Shown here one piece after another: positions 28,449 to 43,474 of a stretch of 64,000 nucleotides of DNA (its first letter is position 1; every line of letters starts with the position of its first letter). Made by a program: the position numbers and the translations under genes. Source of the stretch: Eledone cirrhosa (Eukaryota); the NCBI GenBank assembly GCA_964016885.1, contig OZ024750.1, forward strand, positions 32,302,001 through 32,366,000. The letters run 5' to 3'. The notes under the pieces were generated by a model. That model searched no databases and was not told where the DNA came from. It worked only from the letters and a program-made list of their open reading frames with translations.

Positions 28449-30049
28449 GTGTGTGTATGTATATATATATATACATATATATACATATATATACATATAC
28501 ATATATACATACATACACATATATATATATATACATATACATATATACATACATACACATATATATATATACATACATACATACACACACACGGAAGCGA
28601 AAACCAGAGCAAAGAGCGAGTGTGTTTTACTATTTTTTCTGGCAATATTAGGACAACATAACCCTCCCCAAATATAACAATATATATATTTCTACTATGT
28701 TTCCATATTGCTAATATTTTGAAAATGAAGGGTACCGAGGATTAAATGGATTATGTTTCAAATTTATTGATTTATTGAAATCTCACGAGTAAAATCAATG
28801 GCAGTGGAATGAGACATTAAAAGCTTGGAATGTGAGAGTCTAAGACTAAATTCAATAAACGGCTGAGAAGCCCATCTAAATGTTCAGTTCACTCGTCAAT
28901 CTCATGATTTAGCGATTAAATAGACGGATATCATTTTGAGCTCTGTGACGTGAAGAAGCTGGTGTTCTATTAGAAAATGTGAGTGGAAGGGAATAAACGT
29001 ATTTCCTCTTACGAAACAGAAGACAATCAATGCAGGGGAAATGGATATATTTGTTTTTATATGTTCTATTCGTTGTAGCCTCATCACACTCTCACTACAA
29101 AAGGAAATTCATGCAGTGAAAGAAAGAATTCAAAGCAACCCCTTAACCGTTCTTAATTTTTGGAAGGAAATGAGAACTGAAGTACTACGCCTCTTTGTTG
29201 TTGAAAGATAAAATAACTCAAAGATGCTAAAAAAAAAAAGCTGAAGTATCATATCTTCTAGTTAACTATGATACCATCTAAAATGTTTTGATCACCAGAG
29301 TGTTATTTGCAGCCTGATTACCCAAACTGGAAAAATGGAGATGATGAAGAATAAATAAAAATTCTCTCCATCCTGTCCGCCGGAACCACGAAGCGAACTG
29401 ACTCTTAAGTCTCATTCATGGTGGTAGGATGTGGAATACATTTGCATACATTTAAAATACCATTGTTGAATATTGTATCTAGTTTCAGCTCTTTATTTTC
29501 CCTTAGAAGCTCCTTTAGAAGCTCCTGTATTATGTGCTATTAAAAAAAGATTCAAAATAAATAAAATTGTATTGTCTACATGGTAACGGTCCTCAGTTAA
29601 TATTCGGGTGTAGTATCTTTCAATTTACATAACAGCTTTTCAGTCGGAGTCATTTCCTAAAAAAAAGGTTGTTGAAAACTTTGCTTGATAATGTGAACAG
29701 TGGTGGCGAAATTTCAATATTTGATTCTAAACGAACAACTGACATGTTAGAAGTAGCTTGTTGGTCTTTGAAAAAAATAAGCATTACGAAAATGCTGGAA
29801 TTAATCAGGGTTACTCACGTCTTCAAAACAGTCTGATGATGACCAAATATGCTTAGAAGAAGACGAATGAATAATGAAGACATTGAACGGAGACCGAACT
29901 CGGGTCATATATGAAAGATTTTCCACAGGTAAGATTCAAGGCCTGTTATCATTAGATGAATATGTGTTGGAATTGAAAGTTTTAAGAAAGAAAAAAATAC
30001 AGAGAGGGGTGATGGCTCAACAAAATTAACATTATTAGAAACCAAGTGT

Positions 30050-30320
30050 AGGCCTTGTGGTAAGTGTATTGGGCATACTATCATAACATCGTGGTTTCGA
30101 TTCCTGGACTTGGTTGTGTTTTTTTATTCTTGAGCAAAACACTGCATTTCCCGTTTCTCCAGTATAACCAGCTCAACGTAAGTACCAGCAGTAACTGGAG
30201 AGTTTGACCTTGTGATGGACTGGCGTCCTGTCCAGGGGTGCAGTCTTGTACTCTCCATCACTTAACGCCGAGGAAAGCGGGATAAACACCGGTTTAATTA
30301 TCCTCCGGGATCGAGATAGA
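30050..30320 (+). mobile_element. CORE-type tRNA SINE, family 2 (others near 30640-30750, 33430-33600, 51505-51670)
   Basis: A-box GGCCTTGTGGTAAG, B-box GTTTCGATTCC, CORE-like TCTTGAGCAAAACACT. Confidence 0.65.
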
Positions 30321-31321
30321 CTAGATATTTTATTAGAATCATAATGACAACTCAATTTTCAAGTTTAAAATTTCTCGATGTAGTCACTTACCTAAATATT
30401 CTAAAAAGACGGCAATTAGCAACTTACTGATTACAGAAGTTCGTCCAATAAGATATGTATGTTTAACTTTCCACAGTTTTCTGTCCATTTGTTTCCGTTT
30501 CAAGTGTATTTTCTCAAATTTATTCACCTGTTACTTATACTTAACTAGACTATATATCTTTATATTTTCGCAAAATTCAGAGTAAACACTATTTGAGTGG
30601 AAAATGATTACGGGTAATGTTTTAATTAGTGGAAGTGGGGGGTTTAGTTGGTAAGGAATTGAATTCGCAATCGTGAGGTTGCGAGTTCACTTTCCGGACC
30701 AGGCTATGCGCAATGTCCTTCAGCAAGACACTTTATTTCACGTTGCTGTTTTTGCCAGGAATTGCTATTGATAGGTAGTATCAATGGGAACATTGTTTTC
30801 TTCATCTGATTTGAGGTGTTCCACCCATCTCGGTAACTGAACGAGTGTCATTATCGATTGTTTTAAAATGATTACTGATGACATAAACTAATACAGAGTT
30901 GGCCAAAAATCTTTAGGGGGAAATCGGGAGAGGTGAAAGGTGAGAGAAATTCATCATGGAAAGATTAACAGAGACTAAAATATCTACGTAAAGATAAAGA
31001 GAGGAAGAATATATGAACAAGGTAAAAAGAGGGAAAGATATTCACAAATAGATGTGCACTTTGATATAGTTATAAGAAACTCCCAGGAGAGCTGGGCAGA
31101 GAAGAAACCACCCACAAGTGAATGTTTCGTCTCATAACTTCTAAACATATTATCAGTGTAAAATAGTAAAATAGGTAAATTGTTTACATTTTTAAAAAGA
31201 TGACATATGATTAGTTACCGAATTACATATCTTGAAATATAAAAATAATTATGGAGAGAAAAATACAAAACTAAACCAAGTAAAATACTAGAATATTAGT
31301 TGGGCATGTGGTTATACTGAG

Positions 31322-31537
31322 GAAAGAATCGCAGGGCAGATTTTACGGACAAAACCAACCAACCGGCAGGAGACCCAGGAGTAGACCCCGAGCAAGATGG
31401 CAGGATAACATCGATGAGCTTGGCTCATCTCGCTTGGGGATCCAGTCGGAGACTTGCTTCTGAGAGGATCCGTTGGAAGGCGTGTTTAAGGACTCTGCCA
31501 CCACGACTCTCAGAAACAAGCGGACGAAGAAGAAGAA
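31322..31537 (+). mobile_element. RTE LINE 3' end with (GAA)n tail
   Basis: Nucleotide homology to 170-410 (AACATCGATGAGCTTGGCT...CGCTTGGGGATCCAG). Confidence 0.8.
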
Positions 31538-32062
31538 AAATATTAGTTGTCTATTCACTTTTCTCTCTGGTTGCTTTTTTCTTTGTATTTTCGGACATTA
31601 TATATATATTGCATTCTACACAGTTTGTGGCATAGTCTGTTCTTTTCAGACACCTTATCTCGATTCGGATTTGTTTTTATTATATAAAACACAAGCTCAC
31701 ACCAGCATAATAGAATCAAATTAAAACAAACAAAACTGAGAGACTACGTGTTATTATTGTCAATAATATTATGATTATTATCGATTTCTTATTTAGATTG
31801 AAGGTCAAACATTTTATGTGGAAGGAAATTGAGTTGTTATGTTTGTCCGTTTCAAAGAAAAGCTGACAACGGTAGAGGTGAAATAAATTAGCATTAACCG
31901 GGAATCGAACTAATTGTGTTAGTTTTGTTTTGATTTTTTTTTGGTCAATTGTATTTAAAATATTGCTACCTGTGAACGCCACCACATCCCTGTTTGTGGA
32001 TTTCACTGAACTTTTTCTACGTTTACTACACTTCTTATAAATTAAACATTAGACATACTAAT

Positions 32063-32378
32063 AATGGTTTCGGGTTTAGGCACAAGGCCACAATTTTGGG
32101 TGAGGGGGGAAAGGTCGATGATATCGACCCAGTGCATTACTGGTATTTTATTTTATCGGCTCCGTAAGGATGAGAAGCAAAACTAACCTGGAGGAATTTG
32201 AACTCAGTGCGTAACAAGTTGATACTAATAATGCTTTCTGATTTAGGCAAAAGGTCAGCGATTTGGGGGGAAGAGAAGGTCGATTAAATCGACTCCAGTT
32301 CATTACTGGTACTTTCTTTTATCGACTACACAAGGATGAAAGGTGAATCTAACCTCGGTGGCATTTGGAATCAGAGCG
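32063..32378 (-). mobile_element. Two tandem SINE family 1 fragments
   Basis: Conserved body appears twice on the minus strand. Confidence 0.7.
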
Positions 32379-32834
32379 TTAAAATCTCATACTAAAAATG
32401 AATCAGCTACTTATGTACCTCTGCCTTACTGAGATTTTCTTTCTGTGTATTGTTTTATCTAATACTAAATATATATAGAAGCTCTTGACGAATGTGAAGT
32501 TAGGAAATAAATAGACAACCATTGTGGTTTTGTGTTACTGGTGTTGTTTCGCCTCATCTCCACCGTTGTCAAGAAGATCCACGGTTAAATTCATTCCATC
32601 TATGAGCATCTTATCGGTTTTCGAGATAGGATACCTAGAAATACATTTATCCATCATGCTTTTTTTGTTGTTTTTTGTTGTTTTTTTTTGTTGTGTTTTT
32701 TTTTTTATTAAACAGTAAGTTATAAGTTGGGAAAGATTTAGCCGCTATTTCTAGCAGACATAGTAATTACGCAGATGTTCTCTTCTTTGTTTTGGGCACA
32801 GATGGGTTTGCTGGAACGAACCATAAAACAAATA

Positions 32835-33021
32835 ATTGTTTCTACTTTTGGCACAAGGCCAGCAATTATCCCAGTGTATTACTGGTACTTTATTTTATCG
32901 ACCCCGTAAGGATGAAAGGCAAAGTTAACCTCGGCGGGATTTGAACTCAGACCGTAAAGGGACATAACTGTACTGCAAAGCATGGCGTCCGACCCTCTAA
33001 CGATACTGCCAATCCACCGCC
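32835..33021 (-). mobile_element. SINE family 1 (full length)
   Basis: Reverse complement of the 14704-14890 type. Confidence 0.85.
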
Positions 33022-33644
33022 ATAAAACAAATAATGCCTATTATGTGATACAATATAGCCGTACTTTGCGAGGTAAGAACGTCACTAAAAAGGTTTTTTA
33101 ATTGAAATTTAAATTTAAATTTAAATTTAATGGAAATTTGGTAACATTTGAAACACGTAAAACAACAAAACAAAATAACAAAGAAAGTAGGACAATAGAA
33201 ACGATATAGACATGAAATTACATACCGCAAACACAGCTGAGCCTTAAACATTCACGTACAATTGTCGACTCAAGAAATGTTCACTTTTTTACACTTATAT
33301 ATAAAGAAAGCTTAATTTTGATCAATTTATTTTTTTCTTTCAAATTATTTCAATTGAGCAAAATTCAAATTAAATATGAAATGTTTAGATGATGAGTTTA
33401 TACAAGTTTAAACTAGAAGTATACATTTTTAGAGCATTGGATTCACAATAATGAAATTGTGAGTTCGATTTCCGGGCTAGGTGATGCGTTGTGTTCTTGA
33501 GCAGGACAATATATTTCTTGTTTCTCCAGTTCACTCAACTCTAGAAATGAGTTGCGATGTCACTGGTGTAAAGTTGTATCAGCCATTGCCTTTTCCTTGG
33601 ACAACTTTATATATGGTGTATATATACTGTACATAGTGTGTATA

Positions 33645-33822
33645 TAATTGTTTCTACTTTTTGGCACAATGCCAGCAATTACCCAGTATAATTACTGGTA
33701 CATTATTGTATCGACCCTGTAAGGATGAAAGGCAAAGTTAACCTTGGCGGATTTTGAACTTAGATCGTAAAGGGACGTAACTATGCTGGAAAGCATGACT
33801 GACCTTCTACCAATTCTGCCAA
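33645..33822 (-). mobile_element. SINE family 1 nested in a family 2 SINE (about 33430-34020)
   Basis: The family 2 segment GTCACTGGTG..AAG.TGTAT...CATTGCCTTT.CCTTG occurs on both sides (33559-33600, 33867-33906). Confidence 0.7.
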
Positions 33823-34363
33823 TATAATATAAATATAACGTGTATAGAGTGCATATATGAGTTAAGTCACTGGTGCCAAGCTGTATAGTCATTGCCTTTC
33901 CCTTGAACAACATTGGTGTCATGGAAAGAGGAGGCCGGTATTCATGGGAGACTGCTGGTCTTCCACAAAATCACATTGGCCGGAATTGTGCTTTGAAGAG
34001 AAACATTCTAGGTGCAAATATTATGATATGATAGGAGGTTTTTATCGCTTTTATAAACAGAGTAATCCTTTTCTTTTGAAAATGTAGTGTCAGTACAATT
34101 CCTTCTCGAAGAACTGCTCCGATGTTTTATCGTCCATGAAATAAAAAAAAAATTTAAAGGCAATGTTGTGTGTGTGGGAGTGTATGTGTATTTTTCAGTG
34201 TCTATGTGATCGTTTGTCAGCGTGACAGTGTGTTTGTGTTTGTGTTACGGTGTGTGTAAATATATGTGAGCGTGTGTGTAAATATATGTGAGCGTATGTG
34301 TCTACGTATTTGTTAGTGGTTTTGAGTTTGTGTGTTATTTCTGTCAGTAAGTAAACATATTAT

Positions 34364-34480
34364 AATTGTTTCTGCTTTTGGCACAAGGCCAGCAATCATC
34401 CAAGTTCATTACTTGTACTTTATTTTATCGACCCCGTAAGGATGAAAGGCAAAGTTGACCTCGGCGAGATTTGAACTCAG
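34364..34480 (-). mobile_element. SINE family 1 fragment
   Basis: Conserved body plus B box. Confidence 0.75.
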
Positions 34481-34674
34481 AATGGAAGCAGATTTATAGG
34501 AAGACACTGAAACTTCTTCAATTAGAGAACTATTTCACGAGTAGAAGCAGGTTTAGATTTATAAATTGCCCAGATATGGATGTTTATCGAAAGCAAAAAC
34601 GCTAATACACATACATGTATATGTAGGCACAAACAGTTAGGAATGCTTTCTTCTTTATCTAATGTATAGATAAA

Positions 34675-35423
<749 letters not shown>

Positions 35424-35934
35424 TGAGTTTATAGTTTACACATATAAATACGAGATAGAGTAATTGTCTGATAGAAATGTTAATGTTAGAGGGAAAACCT
35501 TCTAAATGGATGCAGATTTGAATCCGTTTCACTTGTCAAGTGTGTGCAACCTTAAAACAATCTTCTCGGCAAAAAGAATTCCATTTATGCATCAAATTTA
35601 TTAAAGTGGAATCTTTTTATGGAAATATCAATGACAAAATCATAATTGTATCTTTCAGCATTATGTTTACCCAAGTGAAAAATATCTGATATATTTTCTA
35701 AATACCGTTGTTATACATACTACTGTACGTATGTATACATATATGTATGTACGTATACATACTTATATTTAAGTAACAGCCGTACTAAGAGTGAGAAATG
35801 AAATTTCGTTTCATTTTTTCCATTTATCGTTTTCGGTGCGCCCGGCCGATTAACTCATTCGATATGCAAATTAGGCTGGTCAGCCGTTAATATGCATGAG
35901 GAAAGTATATACTTTCAGACGTTCAATCATCTGG

Positions 35935-35991
35935 CAGGAAGGTATGCGTTGCTGACGATAGCTAATAAGCTTGAAAATAATACAGCGTTCC
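35935..35991 (+). ncRNA. Type I HHR (family B), helix III mutated
   Basis: GCGTTG|CTGACGA|t-AGCT-aata-AGCT-t|GAAA-ataa-T-A|CAGCGT. Confidence 0.55.
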
Positions 35992-36364
35992 TTTGTCAGT
36001 GTTGAACAAACGAGCAACGATGGTTGCTAGACACTGTACAGCTTAATACGGGATGTTTCTTTACAAACACACCGAGCATTATAATAAATGTTCGGTGAAT
36101 CCATACGTACATATATATATGTGTGCATGTATGTATACATATATACATCCTACTGTACGTCTGTATACACATATGTATGTACGTGTACATACTTATATTT
36201 AAGTAACAGCCGTACAAAGAGTGGGAAATGAAATTTCGTTTCATTTTTTCCGTTTATCGTTCTCGGTGCGCCCGGCCGATTAACTCACTCGATATGCAAA
36301 TTAGGCTGCTCAGCCGTTAATATGCATGCGGAAAGTATATACTTTCAGACGTTCAATCATCTGC

Positions 36365-36414
36365 CAGGAAGGTATGCGTTGCTGACGATAGCTAATAAGC
36401 TTGAAACTAGTACT
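36365..36414 (+). ncRNA. HHR (family B), 3' strand of helix I lost
   Basis: CTGACGA...GAA-ACTAGT-A followed by a deletion. Confidence 0.5.
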
Positions 36415-37490
36415 ACGGCTTAATACGGCATGTTTGTTTACAAACACACCGAGCATTATAATAAATGTTCGGTGAATCCATACGTAAATATATATATGTG
36501 TGCATGTATATATATATATACATACTATTGTACGTCTGTATACATATATGTATGTACGTATACATATTTATATTGTTGTTATAGTTGTTATTCTAATTCT
36601 TATTAAATATTTAGCAAAAACCAAACTTCTGGGTTCAATTCCACCCCAGATATATATCTTAGCTTCTGAATTATTTTTGAAGTTTTTTATCGATCACAAG
36701 TTCAATTTTTCAAGATTTTGCTACTAATGGTCATTTGATCCTCCACCACCCTCACGCACATGTGTACGCATGTATATATATATATATGAGTGCAGTTACC
36801 TCCGATTGGACCCGGGACTCTCTCTCTCTCTCACACACACGCTTAACTAGTGGTGCGGATCTTGTAAAATCGTACCGAGGAAACAATGTTCTTTGGTGTT
36901 ATAATTGCTAATACTATCTGTCGGTCGTAACTACAGGCAGAAGGAGCATCTATAACAGCACAGCCACGCGCTTTCACACTCAACCACGCACCCTCACACT
37001 CAGACATATATATATTTGTATATATATATATATATATATGCAAAAGTTTTATTTAAAATTGTTGGGTTACAACGAGTAAATATTTTATAACTGACATTTC
37101 TTCCTTTTCTCCGTCTTTCTTTCTAACTGTGCTTAACACTAAATATTTATAAACATTTCACTACCAAACCAACCTCTTAAATGGAAGTTGTTCAATATTT
37201 ATGGTACGTCAAATTTATTTATAAAACTGCTTATATATTGTATTTTATCTGAAGAAGGCATGCCATATTTTTAATATGGTATCCCTGAAATATGTATAAT
37301 GAAATAGATATGGTTTTATAAATATAGTTTCCATTTGTTTAATATCGTATATATAAATATATATATATATCCCAAATTAAATTAAGGGTGTGATGTCCGA
37401 GATACACTTTTACACACTTTTACAAATTATTCCCTGTGATTGTTTTATATGTTTATTTTAGATATATATATATGTCAATCAATTTCTAGT

Positions 37491-37555
<65 letters not shown>

Positions 37556-38738
37556 GTAGGCATCGTATATTAAAGTCCATGCACTCAACAAGTATTCCCG
37601 ACCTTAGATTTCAGGGTCAAGGTACGGCTATTACTGTACAGTGGAGTAGTGGTCCTAAAACCAGCCTCTCTCTCAGGTTGTAGGACATATATATATTTAT
37701 GCGTGTGTATGTGTGTGTAAGCGGTAGTGTGCAGAGTGGAAATAAAGTAAGTAAGATCGAAATCACTATTGCAGCATATGGATAAACTTTCTTGGCATAT
37801 CGGTTCAATAACGATCACCTCAGGGTACAATCAAAATGATCGGGGCCCAACACTTCCTCGACATCGCATCAGATATACGAGTTAATTTATGCATAGTAAC
37901 ATCCAAACTTATATATATATATATATATAAGCATGTATGTATGCACGCGCAGGTGAGTGTGTGTCAGTGTGTGTGTTTGTGTGGGTGTCTGTCAGTGTTT
38001 GTTTGTGATCCGGTGTGTGTGGAGGAGGGAGGGGGTCTGCTAGGAGAGAAGGAGAGAGGATATCAATGTTTCTGTCTTAATTCACTAAAATGAAAACCAC
38101 TTTTCGCTACATGTACCTTGTAATATTATAATATATTCACGTTTGTAAAAACCTAGATTTTTCCCACCACTTCCTATAACACTCTCTTGAGATATAACAC
38201 GGTAGTGAGATAAGACTAGTTCCTCTAAAACAAATTCCATTTCGCTAAACAACACGAATGCATTAGTTGATTCATACATATTTATCTGTCATTTTTACCA
38301 ATGATTATTTGGTGTTGCAACCCCCAACCTACCAACCCCCACCCCCGTAGGCATGCCTTGCAGCGAAAATATACCATAGGAAAACCAAAACCCAAAATAA
38401 ACATAGATATTCTTCTACCTCAAATACTCTTTTGTCTATCACCATTCTCAAAACATGCTTTTATTCTATCTTTCTTTGACTATTTTGATATGTGTGAGTG
38501 TGTGTTTGTGTGTGTGTGTGCGCGGTTGTGTGTTGTGTCTATGTATGTCTGTGTGTGTCTGTGTTTGTGTGTATATATATATATATATATATACAGATGT
38601 GAGAAAAACCACAGACCCTCCATCTCAATTCTACATTTGAAAAGCAGAAGAACTGCCGAACCAGTAAAGGAACCAAATAAAAATATATATATTTAAAAAA
38701 AAATAAGAATCAAGTTGCATTTTCGATTTGATCTTTTT

Positions 38739-38777
<39 letters not shown>

Positions 38778-38864
38778 GTGAGTGCGTGTTTGTGTGTGTG
38801 TGTGTGTGTGTGAGCAGGCGTGTGTGTATGTGTGTGTGTGTGTGTGTGTCAGTGTGTGTATATA

Positions 38865-38907
<43 letters not shown>

Positions 38908-39292
38908 ATCTGTGTGTCTGTGTGTGTCTGTCTGAGTGTATGTGGGAGGGGGTGTATACGTGTCTGTGTGTCGGGGTGTTTCAATCTGTGTATGTGAGTA
39001 TGTATGAGCTAGCAGTAAGATTAAACATTGCCAAATACTTTGATTAAACTCAGGGAATCATTCACCTGTGTGTGTGTGTGCGTTTCACTGTCGATAACTT
39101 TTCCAAATCGCTAACTGCTGTCACTGTTTACTCCACTATACTTCTAACTACCTATTCAATTGCCTATTATATATGTATATATATATATATGTGTGTGTGT
39201 GTGTATGTGTGTGTGTGTGTGTCTATTTATGTGTGCATGCGTGTGTGTGCTTACCAGCGTGTGTACATGCATACATACACACATATATGTAT

Positions 39293-39357
<65 letters not shown>

Positions 39358-39426
39358 AAGAGAGATTAATTAATAGATAGATAGAGAGAGAGAGAGAGAA
39401 AAAGAGAGATTAATTAATAGATAGAT

Positions 39427-39492
<66 letters not shown>

Positions 39493-39704
39493 ATTAATAG
39501 ATAGATAGATAGAGAACGTGGAGAGACTAATATTGAATGTTAATGTGAGACACAGAGTTATGTAAAGGAAGTTGAAGAAATGGTTATATAAAACACTGCC
39601 ATCGATTCTAGAATCAATAGAATACAATAGCTAATATATTGGAGGCTGGGGTATGTTGTGACTTGATTATATTTTCTGTTGGACTGCTATGTTTACGACG
39701 TGGA

Positions 39705-40700
39705 ACCGGTACTAATTCTGCAACTAATATTTTACTCGGTAACCTTGGTTGAGCGATCCTTCGATCAAAAGTACTGATTCTGCAACCGCTACTGTTGGAG
39801 TTAAGCTCATGTTAACCTTACTGCAGCGGTCTGCTGATCAAAGGTACTAATTCTGCAACTAATATGTTAGTTGGTAAACTTGGTTGAGCGATCCTTCGAT
39901 CAAAAGTACTGATTCTGCAACCGCTACTGTTGGAGTTAAGCTCATGTTAACCTTACTGCAGCGGTCTGCTGATCAAAGGTACTAAATCTGCAATCGCTAC
40001 TTTTGATGTTAACACTGGTTGAGCGGTCCTCTCATCAAAGGTACTTATTCTACAATCACTACTGTTGGTTTTAAACCCAGGTTAATCTTAGTGGACCGAT
40101 GTTCTGATCAAAGGTACTAATTCTGCAACCACTGCTGTTGGTTTTAGACCCTGGTTAACCTTATTGGAGCGATGCTCTGAACAAAAGTACTAAGTCTGCA
40201 ACCCCTAATGTTGGTGTTAAACCCAGCTTCACCCTAATGTGAGCGGATCTCTGAGCAAAGACACTAAATCTATAATCGCTACAGTTGGTGTTGAGCTCCG
40301 GTTCACCCTAGCTGAGCGGATCTCTGATCAAGGACACGGAACCTGGAATCGCTACTGATGGTATTACGCCCAGGTTGACAATAGTGGGGTGGTCAGCTAA
40401 TGAAATGTACTAATTCTACAGTCAGTGCAACGTCTCTTGTAACCCTAGTGGAGCTGACTTCTCATCAAATGTACTGATTCTACAATAACTGTTGTTGTTA
40501 TTAACTGTGTTTGAGCTGCCTTCCAATCCTAGTTACCAATTCTGCAATTGGTGCTGTTACAGTTCAGCCCAGGTTAACTCTGGCTGAGCAGAATTCTAAT
40601 CACAGGTTCTAATTTCGCAAACCCTGATCGAGCAGATCTCTCATCACAGGGATTAGATTTGCAACCGTTGCTACCGTTAAGCCAGAGTTAGCCCTGATGG
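39705..40700. repeat. Degenerate minisatellite of 62- and 73-bp monomers
   Basis: GTACT.ATTCTGCAA anchors at 39709, 39771, 39844, 39906, 39979, 40041, 40114, 40187 and onward. Confidence 0.8.
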
Positions 40701-42442
40701 AGCAAAGGAACTGATACTTTGTAAAGTGTAAATGATGAGAATGCTGAGACTGGAAACAGGTGGGGAAAGATAAAGAAGGGGAAGTTGATGATGGTATTAG
40801 CTCAAAGTGATTCGGTATAAGAGGAATGAAGCTAGCTATGATGTTGATGTTGATAATGATGATGATGATGATGATGATGGTGATTTGAGGCTGTGGTGGA
40901 AAAAGTACGGACCAGCAACATACACGGAGAAGTGCTAGAGATATGTGAAAGGCGTTAAACGTCACGTTTATTGTGGACCTAATGGTGAGAGGTTAGGGCA
41001 TTCATGGCTTTACCAATTTTTTTTAAAAGACAAGTAAGGGTTTTATTAATTATTTTAATAACACATTATTATAACTGACGTGCGGGTGTCTTGGGGGATT
41101 AAATGATAGTTGTAACGCTAAGTGATGTAGGAGAGTAATTAGCAGAGCTTATGAAGTGACTTCCTTAGAATATGGGGAAGGTGGCTTATAGAGTGCAACG
41201 TTTCTTGTAAAATGAAATGCTGGGTCACGTCCTTCAGACAACCTAGCTCGGAGATTCAATATACCGTAGAAGGAAGGGGAGAGAAAGAGATGTATCTCTA
41301 AGGAGGTTACAGCAAAGAGAGATTAGGAGAAGTTCGAATGAAGGAAGAACAAGAGATGTAGTAGCATATATGAGTTGTAGGGGGAGTGATGTAGGGATAT
41401 ACGACGGAAAGAAGAAAGAAACAAATGATATATGAGCGAAAGGAAATGAGGAAGAAAAGTGAGAGTAAAGATGAGATGGTTGTTAGCAGAATGAAAAGAA
41501 GAGATGTTGCTATGGGCTAGAAAGTTAATGAGAAGAGATAAACGAAAAGTATGATATTGTGCGTTTGATGTGAGATTGTGGACGAAATAGGGTGGGGTAT
41601 TTGAGGTTAATGTTATGGGAGATTGAGGGAGATAGAAGGATATAAAGAAAGAAGGAAGAAAAAGGAATAGCAATATTTCTATATGTCTATGCGCGCGTGT
41701 GTTTATGTGTGTGTGTGTGTATGTGTGTGTGTGTAGGTGTGTGTTTGTGAATCTGGGAGTGCCAGAATGATAGAAGTGACATAAGGGGTGAAAGATTGAG
41801 TAGAGGAAAGAGCAGAGGATATAAAGTTGACAGTAGTGAGAGTTACAAGAGAAATATTAAGAAATAGTGTGTGAGAGAAGCAACAATGAAATATAGAAAG
41901 TTAAAGAATGCGAGGAGAGAGTAGAAAAAGTGAGACTGCAAGACGTACAAGAGAAAGAGAACTGAGAGTGTATCAGAGAGAGGGCGTGTTTGAGTGTGTG
42001 TGAGACGCTGTATGTGCGTGTGTGTAAATACACAAGAGGGTGTGCCTCTGTGTGTTTGTGTAAGTGCACCTTTGTGAATGTGTTTGCAAACGCGAAATAG
42101 CGTGTGCGTCTGTATATATGTGTGTGTTTGCAAATGCGAAGTTGTGTGCGTGTGTGTGTGTAAATGTGGTGTAGTGAGTAAATCTATGTTTGTGTAAACG
42201 CCCAATAATGTGTGCGTTTCTATGTGTTTATGTTAACGTGCAATAACGTGTGCGTCTGTATGTGTTTGTGTTAACGTTCAATTGTGTGTACGTCTGTACG
42301 TCTGTATGTCTCTGTGTGTGTCTCTGTGTATGTGTGTAAAAGCGCAATATAGTGTGATTATGTATGTGTGTGAGAGAGTGTACATGAGTTGGTGAGTGAG
42401 GAGCAAATATGAAATAAATGGGGAAAATGAAATGTGACGAAA

Positions 42443-42630
42443 AAGAGTAAGACTAGTGAGAAAGTGAAAGTAAAGAGACAAAGTAAGACTAGTGAGAAAG
42501 TGAAAGTAAAGAGACAAAGTAAGACTAGTGAGAAAGTGAAAGTAAAGAGACAAAGTAAGACTAGTGAGAAAGTGAAAGTAAGGAGACAAAGTAAGACTAG
42601 TGAGAAAGTGAAAGTAAAGAGACGAAGTAG
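42443..42630. repeat. 36-bp minisatellite, about 5 copies
   Basis: AAGTAAGACTAGTGAGAAAGTGAAAGTAAAGAGACA repeated. Confidence 0.95.
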
Positions 42631-43474
42631 AGTGTTTATTTCGTGTTTGTGTGTGTTTATGTGAATGTGTGATATATACGAGAATAATTACATTTGCTAG
42701 AGCATACGTGGGTGTAATTATGCGACTATGCGTATGTGGCGTGTATACGTTGCTTCTTTTTTCTCCTCGTGAGAATCAGCATATGTGCATATATATATAT
42801 ATATATATGTAGAAAGTATGTGTATTTGTTTGTCAGGTTGCACGATTGCATGCTAAAAAAAAATCAAAACACAATGAAAAAAATAGAAAAAGAAATAAAT
42901 TAAAAAACAAATTCTGCAGTAGTCGAATAATACATCACAACAGAAGCTGGTTGGCACTGTAGTTCGAATAGCAAAGAAGATATATTAAAAGGCTTTGCAG
43001 TTTCATCTGCTTCTAACTTTAGCTGACTATGCTGCTCTCCCTCTCTCTCTCTCTCTCTTTTATTTCCATATTTCATTTTATTTGGTTTTTGTTATTGTTC
43101 TTTTTTGTTTTCTGTTTTATCGATCTCTACTAACGTCGGACCTATCGATCCGCAATAGTTTAAGATGTGCTTCCCTTTCCTCCACGCTCTCTCTCGTTAT
43201 TCTACGACCTACCTATCTTAGAAACTAAGCTTCACTACCAGACCTACATTGCGACTGGCTTGTCTTTTATATATACACAGTAATGCAGGCTAGAAGTGAT
43301 GCAGAAAGAAATGAGTGGTATATAATTAGATAGAGGAGAGAAGAGACATATAAGAGACGGAGAGAGAGAGAAAGAGACTTACAAGAGAGGGAGAGAGATA
43401 GGGAGGATATGAAAAAAAAAGAGACTTGCTTACAAGAGAAGGGGCAAGAAAGAAAGATAGAGAGGGGGTAAAGA

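Larger units (their letters stand above)
35720..36565 (+). mobile_element. HHR repeat family B: two tandem units (period 430 bp)
   Basis: AAGTAACAGCCGTAC at 35771 and 36201. CTGACGA cores at 35952 and 36382. Octamer in each unit. Unit 2 has a deletion right after the cleavage site. Confidence 0.8.

Noticed and set aside
29100-29935. hAT-like peptide (TVLNFWKEMRTE) and a strong CAG/GTAAGA donor at 29928
   Set aside because: Too short and interrupted by stops; no supportable exon or transposase.
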